From Octopus sinensis (Eukaryota): DNA of 64,000 bases. A program made the translations under genes and the position numbers. The notes under the pieces are model-generated. The model had not been told where the DNA came from. It ran no database searches and saw only the letters and a list, made by a program, of their open reading frames with translations. Of this stretch, positions 1 to 11,622 are shown piece after piece. The stretch lies in contig NC_043012.1 in assembly GCF_006345805.1 (NCBI RefSeq), positions 30,876,001 to 30,940,000 on the forward strand, in the 5' to 3' direction. Within the stretch, counting starts at the first letter, position 1; the number at the start of each line of letters is the position of its first letter.

Positions 1-167
1 TAAGTAGCAATCAGCCCCTTTCGCTAATATTCCCAGGGCACCTATGACAACAGGTATTGTTTTAGTCTTTAGGTTCCACATTTTGCTGATTTCTATTTCA
101 AGATCTTTATATTTACTCAGTTTTTGGTAGGTCTTGACAGATACGTTTATATCGATTGGGACAGTCA

Positions 168-170
<3 letters not shown>
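1..170 (-). mobile_element. R4/Dong-clade non-LTR retrotransposon fragment (REL endonuclease), 5'-truncated at a (TAA)n tract
   Basis: Minus strand translates MTVPIDINVSVKTYQKLSKYKDLEIEISKMWNLKTKTIPVVIGALGILAKGADCYL, the K-x2-KY-x-DL...IPVVIGALG part of a REL domain; abuts (ATT)n at 170-210. Confidence 0.85.
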
Positions 171-210
<40 letters not shown>

Positions 211-1423
211 GTCGTTGTTGTTGTAGACCGATTCTGTGATAATGAAAAAAAAGTGATGTGTTGACATCAACGATATTTCGTTACTCAAACTTTTAGAATC
301 GATATTCTGTACCTGAAGAGAACTTCTTGAAGTGGATGGAAACGTAGCCGTAGAGGTGGAAGAAAGAGATGAAGGAAGGAAAGAAACAAACAAGGAAGGA
401 AATATATATATATATATACAGAGAGAGAGAGAGAGAGAGAGAGAAATAAAGGAAGATATGAAATGAAGAGAGAAGAGGAAGAAGCGGGTGTGTTTGTTTC
501 GAAAGGTATAAAAATGTTTTTGGTTTTGATGTCCAAGAGGAGAGATTTGATACGCGAATGGATCGTGTATCAAGTATTAAGAATAAGATGTGGTCGGGGA
601 GGAGTGAGGATGAGTGTGGTATAAAGAGAGTGGGAGTGAAGGTGTTGAGTATGAGGAACTTGAAGTGTGATGTATTGAGTAGTGTGACTGGAATGTGGAG
701 TGTAAAGAGTAAGGAATGTTAAGTGAGGCGTATTGAGTGGAGTGAGGGAGAGTGTGGTATCAAAGTGGGGAGAGAGTGTGAGTATAGTGCGTGAAAAAGA
801 ATGTGGGTGGGGTGTCTTAAGTAGGACTGACAAGTGAAGTATAGCATGTGAATTATGAGGAGTAATGCGATGAGAGTGGAGCTTAAGAGAGTGAAGTGCA
901 GAGTGTGGGGTGAAGGTAAAGAGAGTGGGGTCCGGAATATGGTGAGCAAAGCTGCTGCAGACAGACCTAGCCCTAACGAGAACAGCATGGAACTACGGTG
1001 TCTGTGCAACAGGCAGACTTACCAGCATCAAAGGGAAAAAAGGTATTCTGTCGGCCATAGTTGTTAGTGATATCACTGTAGCAAATAGTTGGATCAAGAG
1101 TTGTTATGACGACGCCATCACCCTGCTGTTCATTCTGCTGCTACTGCTGCTGCTGCTGCTGCTGCTGAAGACATCCTAGATTCAACGGTACCGTCTAAAA
1201 ATCTCTCTGTGTGTAGCAGCTATATTCGCATTACATCACCACCATCCCCGTCACCGCCACCGCTATCACCTTTACTAACTTCAACAACACTGTCGTCAAA
1301 AAGGAGCAGCGAAATGCTAGAAATACTAGTAACAGCTCTCGTAAATAGCTCCCTGCAAGGTTTAAAACAGAAAGATGCCATTGAATGATATATTCTCAAA
1401 AATAGTATGTCTGAAATTATATA

Positions 1424-1564
1424 TAAGGTTGTCCCAAAAGTTCGTAGAAATCCTTGGAAAATAATGGTCTTTATTTTGAGGAATAATTTTTGTTGTTTTT
1501 GTTAGTACTTGGCGAGTAAAAATTCAATTTTCGCAAGTGTTTACGAACTTTTGGGACAACCTAA
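1424..1564. mobile_element. Mariner-type MITE (141 bp)
   Basis: TIRs TAAGGTTGTCCCAAAAGTTCGTA / TACGAACTTTTGGGACAACCTAA, TA on both sides. Confidence 0.85.
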
Positions 1565-1729
1565 TAGATAGCAAAGTCATGGCTGGAACGACTTTGGCCA
1601 CAAGTTTGCCTGATTTACTTAGATCGGCTGTGACTCGACGTTCTAAATTCAACAACACAAGAAATCGTACAGAGAAAACGAAGAGGACACGTTGACAACA
1701 TGCGTGACCAGTTATTTCTCTCAGCTCAT

Positions 1730-1764
<35 letters not shown>

Positions 1765-2294
1765 ATACACACACACACATACTCATATATTGGTATACGC
1801 ACGCAATATGAATTACATGTACATTCTTAATGCGATCCGGCTGAGTCGAATGGGAATGTATTAATCGTTGTTGTATTTTGTCATTAGAGAACAACCTCTT
1901 TCAGTGCAAACTCGATTCGTTTGCTTAAGGAGTCTTTGGAACAGTCAGTGTTTCGATGTCGTTTTGTCGCCTCAGTCAGAGCCATCGAGGAAATAATGAA
2001 TTTAACAAGAGTTTGTGCCCCTCATTTATAAATTGAACAAACAGATGATATGCTCATGCCTGTTAAATCAACCAATAATAAATTGTCGTTTGCACAGTGA
2101 ACTGGCAAAATCAAAACAATGACTTACGTATAGTCTTCAGTACATTCCAACGGATTCGAACGTGAATATGCTAATCACTGTTATGCTTCCTCATTACAGA
2201 ACTTCTTCATTGAGAAGAATGTGTGTTCATAGCTAGCACGCACATATGTACACATGCGTATATTAGTGAACAGGTTGACTTATTTCCTCATAAT

Positions 2295-2340
2295 TCCTAA
2301 CGTTTCACTGACATTAACACGCGTCCATTTCTTCAGACAT
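2295..2340 (-). ncRNA. Degenerate minimal hammerhead ribozyme motif
   Basis: Minus: CTGAAGA-AATGGAC..GTCAGT-GAA-ACGT-T-AGGA; core, stem II and palindromic stem III present, stem I poorly paired. Confidence 0.45.
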
Positions 2341-2349
2341 TCGGAAGCA

Positions 2350-2445
<96 letters not shown>

Positions 2446-2748
2446 CATCCATCAATCCATATATATATATATATATATTAGATTCAGGGATCGAGGTGCA
2501 GGAAGTTAGCTTAATGGATATAAAATAGTAGTAAAAAAAACAAACTTTCAGGGACAATAATAGTTTGAGACGGAAGGTTGAGGATTTTTTTGTATCAAAG
2601 AGCGATAAGCTGAAAAACCTGTCTTTTTACATTCCACGGTGTATTCTATTCCATAACTCTTGTATATATGTGTGTGTGTGTGTAGAAAGAGAGAGAGAGA
2701 GAGAGGTGAATTTGGATGGATGGTTTGATAGATAAGTGTACACATATA

Positions 2749-2782
<34 letters not shown>

Positions 2783-3149
2783 ATATATATATATATGTAT
2801 GTATATATATATATATATGGGTTTATCATCGTTCTATATATGTATCTTTATACGTATCAGAAAAGCTATATATTTATGTGGAATGTATATATTCCCCTGC
2901 ATTTATATACATATTTTCATATATATGTATGTGAGTGTACTAATATATTGTACATGTGTGTGTGTGTGTTGTGTGTGTGTGTGTGTGTGTGTAAGCAACG
3001 TGAACTAAGAAAACTAATACCGAAATACATTAATTCTAACATAAACACAGAGACACGAAAGATGTAACGAGGTATATACAGAAACGAACGCATGTTTGGG
3101 TGTATATGGATATATCTGTATGTATGCATACATATATGCATGTATGGAA

Positions 3150-3190
<41 letters not shown>

Positions 3191-3203
3191 TATATATACA
3201 CAC

Positions 3204-3249
<46 letters not shown>

Positions 3250-3518
3250 CAACTACAGTTGCACTGTGCAGGAACAGTTCTGCATTCTTAGAAGAAAGTG
3301 GTGCACACATCTCAAGAACATGTAAGTTATAATAATAATAATGATGATGATGATGATAATAATAATAATCACCGTTATCGTCATCATCATTATTATTTTA
3401 AACAACAGACCTCTCTATAAACTGATTGAAATGTGCATATATATGATTATATCTATATCTATCTATCTATCTATATATATATATATACATATATATATTA
3501 CGCATATATATACATGTA

Positions 3519-3577
<59 letters not shown>

Positions 3578-3637
3578 ATATACATATACATGTAGATATG
3601 TATATACATATGATGTGTATATATAATATGTATTTAC

Positions 3638-3684
<47 letters not shown>

Positions 3685-4269
3685 CATATATATGTAGGGG
3701 TCCCGGGTTGAGTCGGGTTTAACCACAGTAAATAAGTACTCAATACATAGCAGAGTAAATTAATATAAAATAAATATATACATATATATATATTTCATAT
3801 TCATACATATGAGAGACACCAGGCAGCTGCAGAAGGCATTAAGCCTGTCCATGTAGTATTAAGCAGTAATATGAAAGTATGTAGGAGATTAGGCAAATGT
3901 GTCAGGTAGACTAAGAAGAGGCAAATTAATTAACGCTCAAAGCATTAAGGTAGCTTTAGAGGCTGAAACCTGAGAATTAAAACAGGAGTAGCGAATACCT
4001 TGGAGTAAATGAAACCAATACGATATAATATACAGAAATGAAGAAGAACTTTAGAGTACTGATGGAGAAGCATACTAATATTAAAAGTGTTACCAATGCC
4101 AGAGCTAATGTGTGTAACTATACTAGCTTTACACGTCATTTTTACAGCTTCGGCATACTTGGAAGAAGTGAAATTAACTGAAGAACCTAGATTGAATGCC
4201 ACTCACTGCATTTAGAAGTTATCGTCCTAAATTTGGCATGGTGTGGATATATATATATATATATGTGTG

Positions 4270-4820
4270 TATTATAACTTAGATATGTTTCGACCAAAGA
4301 TTGGTCAAGGCCGTGTCTAATGTAATAGCATCACCTGATAGGATTAGCTAAATCCTTTTTGAATCATGGTTTTTGGTATCATGGTTCATTCGAGTTAGGA
4401 GTTCTTGTTGAGAGAGTTCTATCCAGGTATAGGTGGCTTATCTGGTATTCCTTGAAGAAATTTGTCCAGATTTCGTTTAAAGGTGATAGGGTTCTTTTCC
4501 TATGACCTGTTTCGGGACAATGTTAAATAGGGCAGGGCCTGTTGAGGAAAAGAAATTGTGTTGCAGTGTATTTATGTGTTGCGATCCCGAATTGGGTAGG
4601 GGACGTATGACTCATGGTCCTAGCGTTGGATGAATTCCGAAACTAATATTGCGGTCGCTTGGACAATGCTGGTGGTATATTCTCCACATCGTGCAAATGA
4701 TGTATCGCTCACAACGGCGCTGGAGAGAATAGAGTTTCAATGCTTTTAAGGCTGTCCCAATAATCGAGATCAGTCATACCTCTAATATTTTTTTGGTGAA
4801 TGATCTCTGGGGGGATTCAA
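4270..4820 (-). mobile_element. CR1/L2-type LINE 3' end remnant
   Basis: Minus: QRSFTKKI..GMTDLDYWDSLKALKLYSLQRRCERYIICTMWRIY...FFSSTGPALFNIVPK...FKRNLDKFLQGIPDKP, then a 3' tail with GACCAA/TTGGTC stem-loop. Confidence 0.8.
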
Positions 4821-4967
4821 TTTTCGTAGTGTTTTGTTTTGTATGGGGAGACCATAGGGGGCAGCAGTATTCGAAAAAGAACACACAGACAGACAGATAC
4901 ACACACAGACGCGCATATATGCATTTATGTGTGAGCGTATATATATATGTTTCATTCCGTAACGGAT

Positions 4968-5044
4968 ACCTCTGAAGAGCAGAGATACATAGACAGACTG
5001 TTACCTAACACTTCGTTAAACCCGTAGTGCGAAACCGGTTAAGA
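4968..5044 (+). ncRNA. Hammerhead ribozyme motif with long stem II loop, in a ~135 bp insert between (TA)n tracts
   Basis: CTGAAGA(4972-4978)-GCA...TGC-GAA-ACCGGT-T; stem I has mismatches. Confidence 0.55.
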
Positions 5045-5092
5045 TGGGCCGCAATGAATATATAATACTGTACATTTCGGTTTATATATATA

Positions 5093-5134
<42 letters not shown>

Positions 5135-5719
5135 TGAGCTCTACGAGATAGAAGTCGGAAATGGGTTCTATTACAAAAAGCTATGATCGTGAAATGCTTT
5201 CTTTTCAGGCAAAGAATAAAGACCATTGAACACCTATTCAGCCAAATATGTAAAATTTAGAATACTGCTGTGCACGGTTGCTGAAGTATTGTTTCCTTGT
5301 TATTGTTCCCAGGCTGGGACTGGTGCAAGCATTGTCACGTACCGAGATAATCGTTGGAGTCACGCCTCTTTATCTTAATCCCTGTCGTCATCATGATACG
5401 AAACCACTAAACTGCATACTGGTTATTCGGATTACCTACAAACCCTAACGGAAGTAAGAATATCTCTCAAAACTTGTAGAATGTTCAGTCCTAGCTTTTA
5501 CTTCGCAACAGAGCAGGGTTTGCCCCTACCAATACATAATACTGATGCGATCGAGGTGTTCTAATTTACAGGTTATTCCGTAAGGCAACAGACACTTGTC
5601 CCCTGTAATTGGATTCCCAAGAGTGAGTTTCCAGCCAACATGAGTCCCGTGTTTGGGTGGTATTTGAATCCACTCGGCAAAAAGTTCAGCAAATAAAACA
5701 TTTTGTCTAACATCCGCCG

Positions 5720-5880
5720 ATCCGTCACCCAAGTACCTTGGTACTTGAATTTATTGGCCCCAAAAGAAATAAAGTGCTGAGTTGGCCCCAGCTGGATTTG
5801 AACTTAGTGCGTAGACTACCGGAATAAATACTGCATGGCTTTTCTCCCTGGCAGCCGAACAAATTTGCCAATGTGCTGCC
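5720..5880 (-). mobile_element. tRNA-derived SINE family B, diverged copy
   Basis: Similar to 14646-14872 (GGATTTGAACT B-box complement, AAGTACC..AATTTATTGGCCCCAAAAG). Confidence 0.6.
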
Positions 5881-6647
5881 GTTCCTTTATCATGTAGATT
5901 GGAGATATAAAGTCAAGGTTTTAAAGTCAATATAAAACATCATGTAAGGGTATATTCTTCAAATTTAATCTGTAAGTGGAAGAGTGTAAGATTTTTCTAA
6001 AACCTGATCACGTGTCTCTGTTGTTTTTCATGTATAAATTATAATTATGGTAAATAGTAAACGATTTTATCTAAATTTTAACAAACAGGTCGTTGGTTCT
6101 AAAAGAAGGTGGATTCGAGATAATCCTGAGAAAAGATTTCAAACAGTTTCATTCTTTAATAAGCAACATATATATGGTTGCCTGACCTGCAAGAGATAGC
6201 AGCCAAAAGTTCTCGAAATCATATTGACTCAAAGGCATAAAATGTCTTTGATCTTAGGTTTTTTAAAGCAAGGTTGCCCTGGGGTTTAACAAGAACTAGA
6301 ACAATAATAAACAAAGAAATAAAGAAACTCATAACCACACATATAGATATCAGCCTAAACATACACGCACATGCACAAAAGGATGTATACACATATACAC
6401 ACCAAAGCATACATACACGTTTCATATATACAGATGTACATACATTCATACAAGTACATCCAGATACATGCATTCATGCACACGCAAAAATTGGCTGCTC
6501 TGCGGATGTAAGTCAGCCGCCTGAACATTTCTCAAATGTCACTGAAGAAATAATATAAATAGTTACTCCTTTCATTCTATTTCCTCAAACCAGTCCTCTT
6601 ACGAAATCCGCTAGTTCACCCCCCACTCCGTCTATGTGCTCTTTAAG

Positions 6648-6717
<70 letters not shown>

Positions 6718-6799
6718 GTCTGTCTGTCTGTCTCTCTTTCTCTCTCTCTCTCTGTTCCCTATTAGGGAATGAGACTGAAATGTTTTGTCAGGATTTATG

Positions 6800-7240
6800 T
6801 GTGGCTGTGTGGTAAGAAACTTGCTTCTCAACGACATGGTTTAGGGTTCAGTCCCACTGCGTGGTACCTTGGGCAAGTATCTTCTTCTATAGCCTCGGGC
6901 CGACCAAAACCTTGTAAGTGGATTTGGCAGACGGAAACTGAAAGAAGCATGTCGTATATATGTGTACATGTGTGTGTGTGTGTGCGCGCGTGCGTGCGTG
7001 CGTGTATGTGTGTGTGTGCGTGCGTATGTATATGTTTCGGTGTCTGTGTTTGTCCTGCCACCATCGCTTGACAACCGATGTTGGTGTGTTTACGTCTACG
7101 TAACTTAGCGATTCGGCCAAAGAGTTTACTAGAATAAGTATCAAGCTTACAAAGAGTAAGTCCTGGGGGTCAATTTGTTTGACTAAAGGCGGTGCTCCAA
7201 ATGGGCGCAGTCAAATGACTGAAACAAGTAAAAGAATAAA
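6800..7240 (+). mobile_element. tRNA-derived SINE family A (CORE-like CCTTGGGCAAG), with internal microsatellite
   Basis: TGGCTGTGTGG A-box, GGTTCAGTCCC B-box, CCTTGGGCAAGT; homologous to 62130-62545, 49230-49619, 37720-37866. Confidence 0.9.
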
Positions 7241-7326
7241 AGAATATATATATATATATATATATACGCGCGCGCGTGTATGTGCATTCATATATTTAAG
7301 TATTGTGTGCGTGTCTGTATATTGTA

Positions 7327-7368
<42 letters not shown>

Positions 7369-7473
7369 TATAAAGTTAATCCAAACAAGAAAGCACAAAA
7401 AAAACACAACAACGCGAGGACGTGGAACAAATATAGTATTATTGGACGCTCAGGAAAGAAGGAAAGAAGGAGG

Positions 7474-7508
7474 GTTTAACGTTTCGAGCGGAGCTCTTCG
7501 TCGGAAAC
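7474..7508 (-). ncRNA. Minimal hammerhead ribozyme, U4C core
   Basis: Minus: GTTT-CCGACGA-A-GAGC-TCC-GCTC-GAA-ACGT-T-AAAC; stem I 4/4, stem II 4/4, palindromic stem III; 3' tail runs into (TA)n near 7370. Confidence 0.7.
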
Positions 7509-8199
7509 ATAGAAGGAAAGATCCAGAGAAGGGAAGACAGAGGAAAAAAAATTGCCAACGGTACACAGGGTGTGTGTTATGGTTTTCTCTAATTATTTTT
7601 ATCGTCTGATGATTATTTACGCCTCAATGAAATATGAAACTTGAAGTAACGATATCTTAATCCATAATGAACAAAATTGTATCACATCATATGAATACAT
7701 AGGAAGGTAGATATTGATATGTATGCGTGCATGAATATATATGAATATAGACGCTCATATATACGTGTGTGTGTGTATGTATATATACATATATATATAT
7801 ACGTGTGTGTGTGTGCTAATACACAAGGACAAACATATTTAACTATCTCTCTGCAGACTCTGCTATTAATTTCATCATTCCATCACCACTACCAAAGCAC
7901 TAACACTAATACCTCCACCCACCACCTCTACTTTAACCACCACCGCCAATAATAAGGATCACAACAACCACAATACCAACTATGACACGCCATGTATTTG
8001 GTCACTTTTAGCCATTTTAAACCAAAAAGGAAACGGGAGGACACGAGTGGAACGCCTTTAATTGTAGGTACGTTGGGATACGGTATAGGGTTAACCTGTG
8101 GTCTAGTAATGATAACGATGATAATGATAAAAATAACAATAATAATAATAAGTTTCAAATTTTGGCACAAGGCCAGAAATAATATTTTTCAACTAGTAT

Positions 8200-8440
8200 T
8201 TTCTTTTATCGACCCCGAAAGAGGGAAAAGCAAAGCCAACCTCGGTGGAATTTGAACTCAGAGTCTAAAGACAGACGAAATGCTGATAAGAGATCTGTCC
8301 GGTGTGCCGACGGTGGCGTCTGACAGAATCGATAGCACGCCGGACAAAATGCATATCGGCATTTCGTCCGTCTTTACGTCCCGAATTCGAAGTCGGCTTT
8401 GCTTTTCATCCTCTCTGGCTCGATAGAATAAGTATTGGTG
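8200..8440. mobile_element. Head-to-head pair of SINE family B copies
   Basis: Minus copy ~8200-8312 (TTATCGACCCCGAAAG..GGAATTTGAACTCAG) and plus copy ~8320-8440 (GCACGCCGGAC..TTTCGTCCGTCTTTACG..TTTCATCC). Confidence 0.7.
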
Positions 8441-8894
8441 AAGTACAGGGCTCGGTCTTATCGTATCGTTCCTTCCACCAAAATTTCAAGTTTTGTGTCT
8501 CTGGTAGAAAGGTTTATTATTATTGAGTGAGATAGCAACACATGCAATCAAAGTGACACTGGAGTACTAATGTACGAAGCCCAATATACCCCCCATAACT
8601 ACCCGTATGATAAGCGTAGAGCAGTTACATGCGTCACAACCGTATGTGTGCTACATGGTGACCTTATATCAAGATAAACAGCGCATGACTTTGCAGGTGG
8701 GGCCCAGTTAGAATTTTATTCAGGACGAGTAGTCCATTCCGCTCAAAAGGTCCCTGATTAAGGGTTGTTTAAGGAGGATGAACGAAATACCCACCTTTCA
8801 GGATGTGAATTAGTCAAACCCCAAAGAATTCCTCTCAACTGGTCAAGGGCAAGGAACTGCACAAGCAAATCTGCTGCATTGAGTAGAATATTTG

Positions 8895-9095
8895 CTGTAG
8901 GCCATCATTTATACCAATGCCTGCACACCGGGCAAAAGGCTTAGCGGCATTTCACGTTCTGAGTTCAAATTCCGCCGAGATCGACTTTGCCTCCCATCCT
9001 TTCGGGGTCGATAAATTAAGTACCAGCTACGCACTGGGGTAATCGACTAGTTCCTTACCCCCAAATTTCAGGACTTGTGCCTATAGTAGAAAGGA
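8895..9095 (+). mobile_element. SINE family B
   Basis: GTTCTGAGTTCAAATTCCGCCGAGATCGACTTTGCC..CCTTTCGGGGTCGATAAATTAAGTACCAG. Confidence 0.85.
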
Positions 9096-9127
<32 letters not shown>

Positions 9128-9152
9128 GTTGTTGTTGTTGTTGTTGTTGTTG

Positions 9153-10252
9153 TAATGCCGATTTTTGCAATACACCTAGATTGTAGGGTATTTCTAAAGT
9201 TTCCAGATGTTTCTTCAGGTTGGGTGGTATTGAGCCTAATACTCCGGTGACAATAGGGACAACCTTTATATTTGACACTCGTAGTTGCCACATCTTGGCA
9301 ATATTTATCAATCTTTTCTCTTTCATGACAATATGTTGATCTCCTGGTACTGCCACGTCGATTATTAGGCACTCTTTTTTGTCCCTCCTAAAGGTTACTA
9401 TATCCGGCCTTCGGTGCTCTAACGCCTTATCTTTCTGGAAGTCAAAGTCCCAGAGAATTTTTGCCTTCCCCTTTTCGTCCATTACCTTTTCGAGTGTATG
9501 TTGGTATCAAGCACTCGTTACTTTATATCCATCCTTCCTGCATTATAGCCATTGTAGGTTTTAGGCTAACTTGTCGTGTCTGCGCTTGTAATCTTTCTGC
9601 GCAAGACTTTCACAAGCACTAACAATGTGAGTCACGCTTTCGACCCTCTTCCCACACATTCTGCAGAGATTCGTTGCACTTGTGTGGTATATATATATCT
9701 TTTCACTGAGTTGGTGTTCTGTGCCTGATCCTAGGCAGCGATGATGAGGCTTTCAGTATTCTTTTCTAGGTCACCCTTGCTGAGCCTCCATGATGCTTCC
9801 CGGTCTTTTAATTTGTTAGTTTCATGGAACTGACCCATGTAATTCCATGCGGAGTAGAGTTTCTGCTCTCTCGCTAGCTATTCGTGATCGGAATTCATTA
9901 GCCCCCTCAACTCCACTGTTGGTAAATCCTTCTGCATTAGCAGCATACTGTAGCAGGTCTTGTTTGCTGTTTACCAAATATTCTGCCATGTTTTCTTTTT
10001 CTTTCACTGTTAATGCACTCCCGTACACTAATCAGCCAACGTCCACCTTTACACTTCTTCATGTAGAGCCTGTGTATGTTCCCCTTGGAGTAGAGGGCAC
10101 CATGCATTGTCATTGTCTTTCGGGTTGTGCGATTGAATTGGCTAATCTTTCTCGGCTAATGGCGTACATTGACTGATAATATGCCATACGGTCATCCATA
10201 GCCATCTTTTTTCTCTGTCTGTCTCATCTTCAACATCCCTATGAAATTGACC
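9153..10252 (-). mobile_element. R4/Dong-clade non-LTR retrotransposon 3' portion (thumb, CCHC finger, REL endonuclease), decayed
   Basis: RTTRKTMTMHGALYSKGNIHRLYMKKCKGGRWLISV; CRMCGKRVESVTHIVSAC; ILWDFDFQKDKALEHRRPDIVTFRRDKKECLIIDVAVPGD..KVVPIVTGVLG..LQKSAL; stops and frameshifts; TAA/CAA tracts at both ends. Confidence 0.92.
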
Positions 10253-10782
10253 ATGATTATTATTATTACTATTATTGTTACTGTTGTTGTTTTTGTTGTT
10301 CTTATTTAACAACAGTTTGATTCGCCTCTATGCGTCTTAAAGTTTCGTAGTCTCTTTATACGAACCTAGCTCGTCAGGCTTAGAAGACTGAGCTACATAT
10401 AATCCATGCTTATGCTTACTAGAATTATGTTCACAAGTATTTAGATTAGCAGGCTCATAGAAAACAAACTGAAAATGTTTTAGTGTGTAGGTATGAACAT
10501 AATAGATTTACAATTTAACAGCACGATAGACACACGGACAGACGAACAGATATATAGGAAGGAATAAAGTCTTCTGTTGGTATAAATAGTCCTTTTCTGA
10601 CAACTGACAGCGCACGATCTTTCAACACCGAAAGAGATAAGCATTTTTGTTTCTGCAAAAATATAAAATGGCTCATGATAACGTTGCTTTATAACAATAC
10701 TGGTGATACTTATACACATATATTTATGTGTGTGTGTGTATGTATGTATGTATGTATGTATGTATTATGTATGTATGTATAT

Positions 10783-10824
<42 letters not shown>

Positions 10825-10870
10825 TCTCAAAGAGAGAAAAAAGACATTAAATGTATCTCGAACACTTTGG

Positions 10871-10911
<41 letters not shown>

Positions 10912-11224
10912 TTAATAATAATAATAATAATGATAATAATAATAATTTCTTAAGTAATAAGAAAATGGATTTGATATTAATGTTTATTTTGTACAACGGT
11001 CGTTTCGACCCATCTTGCTACTGTCCCCTTATGGATGGGACTCCTTTCAACATGTGTTGCATCAATTTTGCAGTCTGAGTCTCACCAGCTACATCCACAC
11101 AGAAAGGTTTGAGTCTCGCTAAAGATCCTGAGTTTTGGCTGCCATGTTCTTATAAGCTTGTCTGGTTAGGGAGTGAAGCAGCACTACAATTTTCAACACT
11201 TCAATACACTAATCGACATAGACC

Positions 11225-11264
<40 letters not shown>

Positions 11265-11567
11265 CATGTGTGTGTGTGTGTGTGTGTGTGCGCGCGCATG
11301 TGTGTGTGTGTGTGCGCGTGCGTGTGTGTGTGTGTGTGTGTGTAAACAAGATTCAGTTGAATAAAGTATTTAAAGATGAGTCACCCAGTTTGGTCAGAGC
11401 AAAATACACAGACAACAATTTTCAGATGAATACTAACAGTTGTATTGAAATACTGGCAAAATGATATTCGGGTCATTTATGCTGTTAATTGGATCCAAAC
11501 GAGTATATAACCCTCTCTTGCGTTATTCAGACACGGACATTTTATTCATTACATAGTCCATCGTATA

Positions 11568-11622
11568 CTTCAGAACACGAGAGGAGCAGGCTCCAAGATG
11601 CTTCTGAAACTAGTGTCAGAAG
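11568..11622 (+). ncRNA. Hammerhead-shaped remnant with eroded core
   Basis: CTTCAGA/TCAGAAG stem I, AGGAGCA/TGCTTCT stem II, GAA-ACTAGT; core reads ACACGA and position 17 is G, so likely inactive. Confidence 0.35.

Noticed and set aside
1110-1388. 92-codon open stretch with poly-Ala and Ser/Pro on plus
   Set aside because: Bounded by an upstream stop with no convincing acceptor; the only ATG is late; no recognisable homology.
3820-4250. Non-simple sequence with an 85 aa ORF
   Set aside because: No motif recognised in any frame; left unassigned.
4281-4330. GACCAA/TTGGTC stem followed by GAAAC as a hammerhead
   Set aside because: No CUGANGA-like core; better explained as the LINE 3' tail stem-loop.
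5310-5450. Possible plus-strand exon after TTGTTCCCAG
   Set aside because: No good donor and no recognisable peptide.
10335-10380. CTGACGA..CTAC-GAAAC on minus
   Set aside because: Stems I and III do not pair; too weak to call.
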